Source: Candidatus Babeliales bacterium
GTDB lineage: Bacteria; Babelota; Babeliae; Babelales; Vermiphilaceae
Direction: 5' to 3'
DNA: 64,000 bases
Assembly: GCA_963743635.1 (NCBI GenBank)
Contig: CAVUQO010000003.1
Coordinates: forward strand, 512,001-576,000
Shown: in pieces, positions 1-11,051 of the stretch
Layout of the letters: every line of letters starts with the position of its first letter
Position numbering within the stretch: position 1 is the stretch's first letter
The notes under the pieces: generated by a model
What the model was told of the DNA's origin: nothing
What the model saw: the letters and a program-made list of their open reading frames with translations, nothing else
The model's database searches: none
Made by a program: the position numbers and the translations under genes

Positions 1-241
1 TTGCTGTGCGATGAATGCACAAGATACTCAAAAAAGATCATGGGCTGATGTGGTGCGCGGTGGTCCGTCTAAAGAAAAGGCTCCACGCTGCGCTGGGTGT
101 GATCAGTTAGCAGGTGAAGCACACGATGGTCGTTTGTGCGATCTGATTATGCTGAGCGCTATGGTTGAAGAAATACGTACCACGGGAAATATAACCGATG
201 TTGTTGACATTCGGATACTGCATGGATTTGTGCCTAAATGA
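1..241 (+). CDS. Hypothetical protein, probably exported; 5' end outside the window
   Basis: Frame is open from the window start (C-C-A-M-N-A-Q-D...) to TGA at 239-241; the 'A-M' junction resembles the signal-peptide ends of other orphans here. Confidence 0.55.
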   Translation, partial: CCAMNAQDTQKRSWADVVRGGPSKEKAPRCAGCDQLAGEAHDGRLCDLIMLSAMVEEIRTTGNITDVVDIRILHGFVPK

Positions 242-265
242 TGCATGCCACTTTACTTCCATCCT

Positions 266-294
266 TCCGTCTTCGCTTTCAGCTACGCTCGGAC
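266..294. repeat. REP-like palindrome, family B (GTCCG..CGTAGC-hairpin-GCGAAGACGGA)
   Basis: Reverse complement gtccgagcgtagctgaaagcgaagacgga matches 14070-14098 at 24/29 positions; lies between convergent genes. Confidence 0.65.
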
Positions 295-362
295 GCAGTC
301 GGCACATTTTTCGTGTTCATGCTTGCGTGACAGCAGGATGCTGAGTAAAATAATTTACAATC

Positions 363-2610
363 TTATGCTTTATATCCGCAGTTCTTATCTGAGCAAAAGA
401 GGCTGACATTTCCTTGTCGATCTGTTTTCTTAGCAAGGAATGGACGTTTACATTTTGGACATGGCTTTTCTTCAATGTCGGCAAAGACTGCAAACTTACA
501 TTTCGGATAGTTTGCGCAACCCCAGAACTTGCCGCCTTTCCAGCGACGTTCAACGAGATCGCCCTTGCATTCAGGACATTTCACTTTAGCAACATTTTTA
601 TGAATGTATTTGCACTCAGGGTATCCAGAGCAGGCAATGAACGGACCAAATTTACCAATGACTTCACGTAATGGCTTTCCGCATTGTGGGCATTTTTCAT
701 TCAGCATTTTAGGTTCCTCGAATTTAGTAAGTATAATGTTGCCTTCTTCGTCACGTTTGAAGTTGGAGGTAAAGTCGCAATCAGGATAACCTAAGCATCC
801 TAAAAATTCACCACTTTTACCAAAGCGAATAGCTAATTTGTGTTTTCCACATTTTGGACAGGTAATTTCGGTTGGTTCAGCAACCTTTTTACCTTTGCCA
901 TCCACTTCTTTAAATGCCTCGAGATCTTTTTGGAAATCTTTATAGAAGGACCTCAGTAGTTTATCACGATCCAGATCGCCTTCTGCAATCTTATCAAGAT
1001 CTTCTTCCATATTAGCGGTGAACTTGTAGTCCATAATGTTCGCCATATGTTCTTTTAATATCTTGGTAACGGTCATACCCAGCTCAGTGGGAACAAAACG
1101 TTTTTTCTCATCAAGATCGGTATAAGCCCGCGCACGAATGGTGCTTAAAATAGAAGCGTAGGTACTCGGTCGGCCGATTCCTTCTTTTTCGAGATCTTTT
1201 ACGAGAGATGCTTCGGTAAATCGTGGAGGTGGTTGTGTAAAGTGTTGTTTTGGTAACACTTGTAGTAAATCAACTGGATCTTTTTCTTTGAGTGTTTTTG
1301 GTAACACTACTTTTTGTTCTTTTTCATCGGATTCATCGTTATATACTTTGAGAAAACCATCAAAGATCAGGGTTGAGCCCGTTACCTTGAAGGTAAATTC
1401 GCCACCCTTTAAAACAACTTGACGTTGCGCATATTCTGCTGGTTTCATTTGGCAGGCAACAAACCGTTTCCAAATCAACTCGTACAGCTTTGCTAAATCT
1501 TTTGAGAGATGCGCTTTGACTTTTGCAGGAGAAAGATCGACGTCAATGGGACGCACTGCTTCGTGGGCATCTTGTGATTTGCCTTTAGAAGCGCCATACA
1601 CGTTTGCTTTTGACGGTAAATATTCCTTATCAAAATGCTTGCTGATATAATCGCGCGCTTGTTTGATGGCCGTATCTGAAATACGCAATGAGTCAGTACG
1701 CATATAGGTAATGAGTGCAACAGGTGATGATGCATCATCGAGTGGTACACCTTCATAAAGTTGCTGCGCAAGTTGCATAGTCTTTTTAACGGAGAAACCA
1801 AGCTGGTTTACGGCTGCTTGCTGCAAAGTACTGGTCATAAACGGTGCAGATGGATTTTTGATGCGCGTTTTATCGGTGATAGAATCGATCGTGAACTGTG
1901 CTTTTTTGATTCCGGTCACCGCTTTAGTGGCATCTTTCTCATTCGTGATTTCTGCTTTGTCTTTCCCGATATGGGTCAGTTCAGCTTCGAATTTTGATTT
2001 TCCATGGCCGAACTCGCCCGTGATACTCCAGTATTCTTCTGGCTTAAAATCACGAATCGCTTGTTCTCGTTCACAAATCATGCGCAAGGCAACTGATTGT
2101 ACGCGGCCTGCAGAAAGCCCAGGGGCAATTTTTTTCCAAAGAACGGGAGACACTTCATAACCCACCCAACGATCAAGGATACGGCGTGCTTGCTGAGCGG
2201 CTACTTTTTTCATATCCACTTTACTGGTATGCTCAAGCGCTTCTAAGAATTGCCGGCTTGGTGATTTCGTTAAAGGTGATCCGGTGAATGTTCTTTTTAT
2301 TTTTAATAACTTTTTCTATTTCACGCCCAATATGCCAGGAAATAATTTCCCCTTCGCGGTCAGGGTCAGACGCAAGGTAGACTTCATCAGATTTTGAAGC
2401 TTCTTTACAGATATCGGCAATGACCTTTTCCTTATCGTCCATAACCACATAATCAAGGTCAATAGAGTCCTTATTAATGGTTATGCCGAGCTTTTTCTTA
2501 GGGAGATCCATGATATGCCCAACAGTGGACATAATCTTGAAGTCTTTTCCCAAAATCTTGGAAATAGTCTTAATTTTAGCCGGTGATTCGACGATAACTA
2601 ATTTTTTCAT
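363..2610 (-). CDS. topA: DNA topoisomerase I (type IA) with one apparent +1 frameshift near 2244
   Basis: TOPRIM N-terminus (VIVESPAK, DPDREGE) in 2233-2610; SAGRVQS, ITYMRTDS, QDAHEAVRP and C-terminal C4 zinc ribbons in 363-2219. Removing one base gives a continuous ...KPAILEALEHTSKVDM... Confidence 0.97.
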
Positions 2611-2860
2611 ATACCTTATCCGTTATATAACGCTCCATATTATAATGTATATTGTAATGCCGAGGCGAGCAAGTCTTAATCCTGCTACTGTTCATAATAA
2701 ATCAAATATTTTCTAAAAGTCAAATAACTTGAGTAAAATTCCCCCAGAAAGCTATGGGAGCCTAGCTTTTAGCAACTATTTGGTTATAGTAGGAAGAAAT
2801 AGTAAAGTACTATTAATTGTCCCGGGTTGTCAAAAAATTCGTTTAATTAAAGGATATTTC

Positions 2861-3706
2861 ATGAATTTATTCGTTGCATGGCGCGATTCGCTGACCATTT
2901 TACAGCCAAAAAATCTTAAGCTTTTTCTCCTGGTTACCCTGAAATCGATGGTTGATGCCATCAAGGTATGGATCAAATATTTCTTCTGGATCCCCGTTTA
3001 TATTATGGGAAAAATAGCTTTATACTCTTATTTCTATCAAAATCCAACGCCTGAAAAGACGGATTTGTTGATTTCACTACAATCGATGTTGGCTTCGATA
3101 CCTTGGCCTGTTCTGTTCTTTCTCATTCCTTCATTGGTCTGTGTTTCTCGAGCAACCATGCTGCTTTCCACCCGTCCTTCAACGGCAATTAAAAATTGTG
3201 CCTACTTTCGTTCTTACTTTGTGCGTGCTGCTATCAGCATTCTGCTCTTTCATGGACTGATGGATGTAATGGGACGGTGGGTTGGAGTATTTATTGTGCA
3301 ACAATATCCGGCATGCGTTGTATCAGTGTTCTGCGGATGTTGCATCTCGGCCATTGGACTTTTGTTAGCTATATATGCCATTAACTATGCATTATTCTTT
3401 TTTGATGGCGATGGCTCGGTGGGTAGTTTCTTGAAGTCATGGATCTATGCTGCTAAAATGACCCTTTATAATTTGCCATTTTATGGTCTATTCATCTTAT
3501 TTCATGTGCTGGCCAGTTTGACCAAGACATTTATATTTTTGTACTCCGTAAAGTATGTGGGAGGTCAGTCAGTGATGTTGGTGATAGCCATCCCATTAAC
3601 GTTGATGTTTGCCTTTTTAGAGGTATTCACCATTTGCTTCCTGACCAATTTCTATGTCAAAAAATTGCATGATCAGTTCACACTCTATTTTGGGAAAAAC
3701 GATTAA
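2861..3706 (+). CDS. Multi-pass membrane protein, unknown function
   Basis: Several hydrophobic segments; ATG 2861 follows AAGGA. Confidence 0.75.
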   Translation: MNLFVAWRDSLTILQPKNLKLFLLVTLKSMVDAIKVWIKYFFWIPVYIMGKIALYSYFYQNPTPEKTDLLISLQSMLASIPWPVLFFLIPSLVCVSRATMLLSTRPSTAIKNCAYFRSYFVRAAISILLFHGLMDVMGRWVGVFIVQQYPACVVSVFCGCCISAIGLLLAIYAINYALFFFDGDGSVGSFLKSWIYAAKMTLYNLPFYGLFILFHVLASLTKTFIFLYSVKYVGGQSVMLVIAIPLTLMFAFLEVFTICFLTNFYVKKLHDQFTLYFGKND

Positions 3707-3722
3707 TCTGAGAGAAGACTAC

Positions 3723-3750
3723 TTGTCCTAAACAAGAGCCATGATAAAAT
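3723..3750 (+). promoter_or_regulatory. Putative sigma70 promoter for the plsC-bat operon
   Basis: TTGTCC-16 nt-TAAAAT with TG extension, 30 nt before the plsC ATG. Confidence 0.4.
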
Positions 3751-3779
3751 AATTAAAATTACTAAAGCAGTGAGATGTT

Positions 3780-4499
3780 ATGCAGTTTTCTATCATTATT
3801 CGAACGCTTATTACTCGATTCTTAATCGGGCTTATTTTGCTCGTTAGTGCCGTTCCAGCATTTATTTTTATGATGCTCCCAGAACGATGGCGCTACGATA
3901 ATCCGCTTTATTATTGGTTTGAGAGCTTTGTATATTGGGCATGCCTGAAAGTGATATTCGTGCCTATCACTTATAAAGGACTTGAAAATGTGCCGAAGAA
4001 ACCGGCGGTCATTGTCGGTAACCATCAATCATCATTAGACATTCCATTAATTGGATCGCTCGTTGATGCGCATCCGCATATTTGGCTTGCGACGGTGACG
4101 TTGCTGGATTCTCCGGTGCTTGGTTTTGTGTTGCGTCGTATGGCGGCATTAATAGATATGTCTTCTCCGCAAAAAGGTATGCGTTCATTGATCAATGCGA
4201 TGCGCTTAATCAACACCAATAAACATGCAATTATATTTCCTGAAGGGGGCCGTTTCACTGATGGTACTGTTCATCCCTTCTATGGAGGATTTGTAATCCT
4301 CGCTAAAAAAACAGGTCGGCCAGTTGTGCCGGTATATCTGCGTAACGCGCAGAAAGTATATCCGCCTGAAAATTTCTGGGTCTATTGGTATCCACTTGAA
4401 GTTGTTGTGGGTAAGCCGTTCGAGTATCTAAAGACGGATACGGATGAGACTTTCAAACAAAGAGTATACGATTGGTTTCTGGTGCAGCAAAAGGGGTAA
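3780..4499 (+). CDS. plsC: 1-acyl-sn-glycerol-3-phosphate acyltransferase
   Basis: NHQSSLD (HX4D) and IFPEGGR motifs. Confidence 0.9.
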   Translation: MQFSIIIRTLITRFLIGLILLVSAVPAFIFMMLPERWRYDNPLYYWFESFVYWACLKVIFVPITYKGLENVPKKPAVIVGNHQSSLDIPLIGSLVDAHPHIWLATVTLLDSPVLGFVLRRMAALIDMSSPQKGMRSLINAMRLINTNKHAIIFPEGGRFTDGTVHPFYGGFVILAKKTGRPVVPVYLRNAQKVYPPENFWVYWYPLEVVVGKPFEYLKTDTDETFKQRVYDWFLVQQKG

Positions 4500-4502
4500 T
4501 GC

Positions 4503-5486
4503 GTGGAATCTGTTCTGCGATTCGCTCATAATTGGGCTTTGTTCATTTTAATTCCGTTGGTTATCATACTCGCGTACATTCGTTGGAAATGGCGCTCTGG
4601 TTCTCGGTATCGCTATGCAATGACGCAAACATTAAAAGAGCGTGGTGCAACAACGCGCCATCCGTATCGCACGATACTTGCAGCCTTGCGACTCGCAACC
4701 TTATTGCTCCTGGTAGTGCTCATTGCAAAACCACAATGGGTTGATTTCCGTTCAAAAGTAACGGTAGAAGGGATCGATATCATCGTGGTTTTGGACGTAT
4801 CAGGCAGTATGGATGCGCCGCATGATGAGCATGATGAGCGTTCGCGCTTAAAGATTGCCAAAGAAGAAGCAATTCGCTTTGTAGAAAAACGGCATAATGA
4901 TGCAATCGGGTTGGTGCTCTTTGGTAAAGATGCGCTCTCTCGCTGCCCGTTAACTGCCGATAAACAAACGCTCAAAGAGATTATTGATGCTACGCATATT
5001 GGGCTTTTAAATCCTGAAGGCACCGTGCTTGCGCGTGGTATCATTACGGGCGCAAATAGGTTGCGTCATTCGCATGCAAAAAGTAAAATTATGATCGTGC
5101 TTACTGATGGTGAACCAAGCGAAGATGACGTTGCACCGGAAATTGCGATCGATGTTGCCAAGGAATTGGGTATTAAAATTTATACGGTTGGTATTGGTGA
5201 GGAGTTGGTAAGGCCAGACATATTTGGACGCTTGCATCGAATAGGGCGCGTTAATACCGTCCTTCTACAAAAAATTGCGCGCGAAACAGGCGGTAATTAT
5301 TTCGAAGCAAAACGTGCAAACGATATGCGTGAAATTTATAACACGATCGATGCTTTGGAAAAAACAAAAATCGAAACTCCTATTTTTACGCATTACCAAG
5401 ATTGGTTCATGCCTCTTTTATGGATTGCGTGTATACTCATGTTAATTGAAATTATAGCATCTTCATTAGTGTGGTTTAGTATATGA
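4503..5486 (+). CDS. batA: BatA-like VWA-domain membrane protein
   Basis: N-terminal TM segments, MIDAS DVSGSM, LTDGE, IYTVGIG, C-terminal TM. Confidence 0.85.
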   Translation: MESVLRFAHNWALFILIPLVIILAYIRWKWRSGSRYRYAMTQTLKERGATTRHPYRTILAALRLATLLLLVVLIAKPQWVDFRSKVTVEGIDIIVVLDVSGSMDAPHDEHDERSRLKIAKEEAIRFVEKRHNDAIGLVLFGKDALSRCPLTADKQTLKEIIDATHIGLLNPEGTVLARGIITGANRLRHSHAKSKIMIVLTDGEPSEDDVAPEIAIDVAKELGIKIYTVGIGEELVRPDIFGRLHRIGRVNTVLLQKIARETGGNYFEAKRANDMREIYNTIDALEKTKIETPIFTHYQDWFMPLLWIACILMLIEIIASSLVWFSI

Positions 5487-6496
5487 GTTCTATAGCCTTT
5501 GCGGGTGTTCAATGGGCATCATCGCAAAATCTTATCTATGTTCCCGTACTGATAATCGTCATCGGTTTATTGGTGTATACGGTTATCCGTCGCCGGCGCA
5601 TTATCGCCATGTTGTCAGCATCACAATGGTCTCGCCTGATTATGCATGCCGCATCTCCTGCGCGTAGTATTTTTAAAATGATACTCATGATTATTGGGTG
5701 TTGCAGCTTATTTCTCGCATTATTGCAGCCTCAGTGGGACAAAAAAGAAGAAACCGTTGAGCAAGAAGGACGTGATCTTTTTATTGGGCTTGATATATCG
5801 CGCAGCATGCTTGCGCAAGATTTTTCTCCTGATCGTCTCTCATTTGCAAAACAAAAAATTAAAAAATTATTAAAAAAATTATCATGCGAACGCGTTGGAC
5901 TCATACTGTTCTCCGGTTCAACCTTTGTGCAATGTCCGTTGACTGATGATTACGGCGCATTCTATCTCTTTCTTGATCAAATAGACGCTGAAACGATTTC
6001 GTCTGGTTCTACGGCACTTGATGCGGCAATTAAGGAAGCATTGAGTTCTTTCGAGCGCGGGGTCCAGCGCAAACATAAATTGATCGTACTTTTCACCGAC
6101 GGTGAAGATTTTTCAAGTAATTTAACGAATGTGAAACAGGAAGCGATTGATGCCGGTATGCACATTTTCACGATCGGCGTGGGAACGCCTGAAGGTGCAC
6201 CGATTCCTTTGCGTGATGCACGTGGCGCACAGCAGGGCCATCAAATGGATAAAAAAGGGAATGTCATTATTAGTCGATTGAATGAAGGTATTTTATCCAA
6301 TCTTGCGCATGATTCAGGCGGCATCTACTTGCGTGCACAGCCCGATAATGATCAGGATCTTGATACGCTCGTGCGCAGCGTCGAGCTTTTTGAAAAAGAG
6401 CGCATGGGCGATAAGAAGGTATCGAAGTTTCACGAACAATATCCGTACTTTGTGGGTGTCAGTTTTATCTGTTTTGCACTTGAGTGGTTACTATGA
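5483..6496 (+). CDS. batB: BatB-like VWA-domain membrane protein
   Basis: PQW, LDISRSMLAQD..PDRL, PLTDD, FTDGE, IGVGTPEG motifs; overlaps the batA stop. Confidence 0.85.
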   Translation: MSSIAFAGVQWASSQNLIYVPVLIIVIGLLVYTVIRRRRIIAMLSASQWSRLIMHAASPARSIFKMILMIIGCCSLFLALLQPQWDKKEETVEQEGRDLFIGLDISRSMLAQDFSPDRLSFAKQKIKKLLKKLSCERVGLILFSGSTFVQCPLTDDYGAFYLFLDQIDAETISSGSTALDAAIKEALSSFERGVQRKHKLIVLFTDGEDFSSNLTNVKQEAIDAGMHIFTIGVGTPEGAPIPLRDARGAQQGHQMDKKGNVIISRLNEGILSNLAHDSGGIYLRAQPDNDQDLDTLVRSVELFEKERMGDKKVSKFHEQYPYFVGVSFICFALEWLL

Positions 6497-7629
6497 AAAT
6501 CTGGTATATAATTGGTCTGCTCATGGTATCGCATGAGTCAGCACACGCATTTAATTGGTTTAAACATGATCGTGCGGCCTATGCAGCGCAGCAAGGATCA
6601 TGGGACACAGCGGAATCATTACTCAAAGAAGTGATACGTGATAATCCCGATGATGCATCATCGCTGTATGATGCGGGCGTAGCATCCTATAAATCGGGCG
6701 ATATCGCACAAGCACGCGCTTATTTTAATCAAGTCAATGAATCTCAAAAGGCAGATCCGCAACTCAAAGCACAGTCATATTTTAATCTTGGTAATAGTTA
6801 CATGCATGATGAAGACTACAAACAAGCTATTGAGGCGTATAACAATACATTGCAGATAACGCCAGAAGATGAACGCGCATTGCATAATAAAAAAATTGCA
6901 GAAGAAAAGCAGCGGCAAAAAGAGCAGAAACAAAAGCAGGATCAAAAAAACAAAGATCAAAAGAAGCAAGACAAAAAACAGGACTCCGATCATCCTGAGC
7001 CTGATGAAGGAAAGCAATCAGATAATAATGATGAGCAGTCTGATCAAGACGAAAAACAAGATAAGCAGCAAGATAAGCAACAGGGCGGAGGATCGGGATC
7101 TGATGATAACGATGAATCATCCGATAATAACGATTCAGATGAAGGATCATCAGAAAAAGATCAGGGTGATAAAAAGAATAACGGCAAAGGCGGATCAGGA
7201 TCTGATGATGCGCAAAATGATCAGCAATCAGATTCAGATAAAAACGAACGAGAACAAGATGCTGGTCAACAAAAAAAACAACAAGAAAAAGGCGGTGGTC
7301 AAAAAACACCAAAAGAACAGCAAAAAGAGCCTGATCAAAAAGGCAACAATGATGCACAGCAAAAAGAAGATAAGAAAAAAGAAGATAAAGGTAAGTCTGA
7401 AAAGCCAGAGCCAAAACAGGATAAAAAATCAGCTGCAAAGGAAGGTGCTGAAAAAGGCAAAGCATCGGCAGCACAAGAGGTTGGTGATGAATCCTTCAAA
7501 GATATGAATCCTCAGTTAGCCGGTATTTTAAAGGCACAAGAGGCATCCGATGCACAGTTGCAAAAACAGTTAATTCGAGCACAAGTAAGTAACGAAATGG
7601 GAGCACGCAATGGAGAAAATTGTTGGTAA
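6493..7629 (+). CDS. batC: BatC-like TPR protein with long D/Q/K-rich disordered region
   Basis: Signal peptide, TPR (YFNLGNSY...AIEAY), low-complexity linker, terminal W; position after batB. Confidence 0.8.
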   Translation: MKIWYIIGLLMVSHESAHAFNWFKHDRAAYAAQQGSWDTAESLLKEVIRDNPDDASSLYDAGVASYKSGDIAQARAYFNQVNESQKADPQLKAQSYFNLGNSYMHDEDYKQAIEAYNNTLQITPEDERALHNKKIAEEKQRQKEQKQKQDQKNKDQKKQDKKQDSDHPEPDEGKQSDNNDEQSDQDEKQDKQQDKQQGGGSGSDDNDESSDNNDSDEGSSEKDQGDKKNNGKGGSGSDDAQNDQQSDSDKNEREQDAGQQKKQQEKGGGQKTPKEQQKEPDQKGNNDAQQKEDKKKEDKGKSEKPEPKQDKKSAAKEGAEKGKASAAQEVGDESFKDMNPQLAGILKAQEASDAQLQKQLIRAQVSNEMGARNGENCW

Positions 7630-9331
7630 GATAGTGGTGATACTGTTGAGTATTGCACATATTTCTTGCGCGGCGATATCATTACGCGTAACTGATTATC
7701 AGGGGGTTCCTCTCAGGGAAGTAGTGGTAGGTGAAACATTTAAGATAGAAGTAGTTGCTGCGGGAGATATGCGTGATTTTCAGATCGAGGATCTCAATTC
7801 AGCCATTACGCTTTTGGGGCAGCAAACAAAAAACACACAATATGTAAATGGCGTAACGACGGTGAGATATAGTTTTGCAGCGCGAGGTGATAAGCCTGGC
7901 TCTTATACTATCGGTCCTGTTTGCGCACAGGTTAGTGGAAATGCTGAACGATCAAATACCGTAACACTTACGGTTGTTAGCGAACAAAATGCATCAAAAA
8001 AAACAGTGAACGAAGCTTTTTTACGCCTCGCGGTGAGCAAGAAAAAGGCAATGGTTGGCGAAGAAGTGATAGGATCGGTACGTTTCTATTCCTGTAAAGA
8101 TGATGTAATGCCCGATCAATTTATACAATCAGACCTTTCTGCATTCGCATTAGGACCTATGAGTGAACCATCCTATGGCAAAGAAACTATTGATGGTATC
8201 GAGTACAGTTTCCTAGAAGTGAGTTGGTATATGGCTGCAAAAGAGCCAGGGACTATCACCATTGCTGCATGGAGCGCATCATATTCAGTGCCGTTAGCAC
8301 AAGATACTTTTGGACCGTTTCGTTTGATGCAAGGTCTGCATCGTCAACAAAAACGGGTCTATTCAAATGCACTCTCATTGGATATTGCGCCGTTGCCGCC
8401 TTATGATGGCGTGATTAACGGAGTCGGTTCTTTTGATGATGTCACCATTCATGCAACGAGTCAGACAACCAAGGTTGGTGAGGCGAATGTAATACGTATT
8501 GATATCATAGGAAATGGCAATCTCGATACGTATGAGCAGATGCAATTGCTTGGTATTCCTGAAGGGCTCAAAAGTTATGAATCAAAACAATATATTGATC
8601 AGCTTCCAGATGGAAGAAAAAAAGCATCCTATGAATATGTAGTTCAAGGTTTAAAGGAAGGCAGTTGGGAAATTCCACCCCAAAAATTTACCTATTTTGA
8701 TGTGGTGCGTAAACAATATAGCACTCATAAAACAATTCCTTTATTGATCACCGTGTTGCCGCAATATGGGGTAAAAGCCGCTCCAGGCATCAGCACCAAT
8801 GTTGATCTGTCTACACCAAATTCTGTGGTGCCCGCGAGTAGTAGTGACGATATACAGTTAAATAAATATGGCTCTTGGTATCCGCAGGAGTATCGAGAAA
8901 TTCCCTTTCATTGGTTTGTATTCTTTCTTGCGCTTCCTTTGATAGGTATGGGCATTCAAGCAGCACGTAATTCATATACTGCATATCAATCATCTCATGA
9001 GCCCTTAGCACGCAAGAAATATGCGCATGCACGTGCATATAAAGCAGTTGCTGACGTTGAAAAGCGCAAAACATACCATGAACTCTATCCGATTTTTGTG
9101 GAATTATTTGCATCGCGCAGTGAAAGTTCTATTCCAGAATGTTCCGATGATGCGATCATAACCATATTGCGTGAACGAGGATTGTCGCAAGATGATATTG
9201 CATCATGGCAACGATTTTTTACCGATATTATGCGTCTGGCATATGCTGGTCCCGGCCAGCAGAGCAAGGTAACGCATGATATCATCAAGCGTTCATATGA
9301 CTGGTTGAATCGTTTAAAGGGGGTATTATGA
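7610..9331 (+). CDS. batD: BatD-like protein
   Basis: Signal peptide, repeated Ig-like beta motifs (GSYTIGP, GTITI, GNGNL, FTYFD), one TM; operon position. Confidence 0.8.
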   Translation: MEKIVGKIVVILLSIAHISCAAISLRVTDYQGVPLREVVVGETFKIEVVAAGDMRDFQIEDLNSAITLLGQQTKNTQYVNGVTTVRYSFAARGDKPGSYTIGPVCAQVSGNAERSNTVTLTVVSEQNASKKTVNEAFLRLAVSKKKAMVGEEVIGSVRFYSCKDDVMPDQFIQSDLSAFALGPMSEPSYGKETIDGIEYSFLEVSWYMAAKEPGTITIAAWSASYSVPLAQDTFGPFRLMQGLHRQQKRVYSNALSLDIAPLPPYDGVINGVGSFDDVTIHATSQTTKVGEANVIRIDIIGNGNLDTYEQMQLLGIPEGLKSYESKQYIDQLPDGRKKASYEYVVQGLKEGSWEIPPQKFTYFDVVRKQYSTHKTIPLLITVLPQYGVKAAPGISTNVDLSTPNSVVPASSSDDIQLNKYGSWYPQEYREIPFHWFVFFLALPLIGMGIQAARNSYTAYQSSHEPLARKKYAHARAYKAVADVEKRKTYHELYPIFVELFASRSESSIPECSDDAIITILRERGLSQDDIASWQRFFTDIMRLAYAGPGQQSKVTHDIIKRSYDWLNRLKGVL

Positions 9332-10038
9332 TGAATCGTTTTGTATTTATTATCGTCATGATCTGGTCTGCAGCATCATATAGCGCGACGAATCAAGAAC
9401 TTTTTTTACGCGGGAACAAAGCATATCAAGAACAAGCATATCAAGATGCATTGCATTGTTATGAAGAAATTGCGGATAAAGGTGAAGCCGTTTGGCATCA
9501 TATGGGCAACTGCTGCTATTATCTAGGAAAACCCATCGAAGCTCGTGTGTATTGGCAACGAGCAAAACGGCATGCCGCATATCATGACTACGTTGCATTA
9601 GAAACACAGCTTGCGTTATTGGATGCAGAGGAGCAAGATGTAACGCCATCAATGTTCAGTTCATGGATTTCGTGGATGAGAGCGCATACGGCATCATGGT
9701 CGCTCTTGCTGATACAACTGCTGGCGCTCATTTTTTGGTTTGCTCTTTTTATTTCAGTACGCAAAGATACGCATTGGAGCATAATGCTCACATTAGCACT
9801 TTTAAGCGGCTTTTTTATTTGGTTGAGTCTTGATTTACATGACCAACGATGTCGTATCTATGGAGTGACAATAGAAGAAATTCCGGTTTATATTGGGCCC
9901 CATAGTTCCTATCATGAGCAGGGCGTTGTGCAGTATGCGCGCACGGTGCACATCACTGATGAGCGGGAAGGATGGTACAAAATTGCATATAAAGGGTTGG
10001 CGGGATGGGTTCAAGCTGATAAACTAGTCAAAGTTTAA
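9328..10038 (+). CDS. batE: BatE-like TPR + TM + SH3b protein
   Basis: GNKAY..YQDA TPR, two TM segments, C-terminal WYKI...GWV SH3b motif. Confidence 0.8.
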   Translation: MMNRFVFIIVMIWSAASYSATNQELFLRGNKAYQEQAYQDALHCYEEIADKGEAVWHHMGNCCYYLGKPIEARVYWQRAKRHAAYHDYVALETQLALLDAEEQDVTPSMFSSWISWMRAHTASWSLLLIQLLALIFWFALFISVRKDTHWSIMLTLALLSGFFIWLSLDLHDQRCRIYGVTIEEIPVYIGPHSSYHEQGVVQYARTVHITDEREGWYKIAYKGLAGWVQADKLVKV

Positions 10039-11043
10039 TGAATTCACACCCTCACGAAATTAAAAAAAGGTCTCATCATTAAGTACCGCATTCATCAAGT
10101 CAGTAAGCACATAATTCCGTTTCTTTTTGTTGCAATGAGCGTGATTCTTGGTCTACTCGTGACCGAATATTACCTCTTTAAAAAACAAGCAGTACGGATG
10201 TCTGAGCTGAAAGAAGACTACCGGAGTCATTTGACAGCAGTAAAACGCGTGTTAACTGAATATTATAAAATTAAAGAACGACTGGCTTTACTAGAGGATC
10301 AAACTTCCGACGAAAAAAAAAACGACTTAATGCTTAATGATTCTGTGTTTCCTGAGGATGCGCGAGTATACTCGAGTGATGATGTAGAAGACGTTGAATT
10401 TATGGTCGTGAACCGTGATCTTGCATATTTAAAGCAATCAACGATCGATTATATACAATCGGTTAAGCTCGATTCATTGATGACCTCATTGGATGTGAGT
10501 AGCTGGCAAGAGTACACGGATGAGGTAGCTGATTCGCATCATAAGAAATCAAGAAAGAGACGTTCAAAATCGACTATTCCAAAAAAATCGTCATCAGCGC
10601 GTAAGGATATATCGCCTGCATATCAAAAAATTAAAAAAGATCTTTCGTTGACATGGCCAGTGGATCGTTCTCAATGTTGGTTGAGTTCTCATTATGGCCC
10701 ACGCAGAAAACAGGATGGAAGCTTGGGCTTTCATTATGGGCTTGATATGGCAGCAGTGCGTGGAACACCGGTGTGTGCCGCTGCAGCCGGCGTGGTCGTA
10801 CAAGCAGGGTATGTGAGTGGGTATGGCAATGCGATCGTGATCGAACACAATCGTAAATACCGTACGCGTTATGCGCATCTTGATAAAATATTGGTAAAAG
10901 TTGGAAAAAAGGTATCACAAAATCAATGTATTGGAAAAGTGGGAGACACTGGATTTATTCGTAAAAAAGGACGAGATGGTTCGCATTTGCATTTTGAAGT
11001 ATTAGCGTTTGGCAAACAAATGAATCCGTTATATGTGCTTTAG
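10038..11043 (+). CDS. M23-family metallopeptidase; likely start ATG 10038 with one extra A in the A7 run at 10062-10068
   Basis: HYGLD, YAHL and HLHFEV M23 motifs. Dropping one A joins ATG 10038 (overlapping the batE stop) to the 10135 ORF. Confidence 0.88.
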
Positions 11044-11051
11044 GGGCCACT

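Noticed and set aside
6775..7507. Long alternative-frame ORFs over batC
   Set aside because: Shadows of the low-complexity D/Q/K region.
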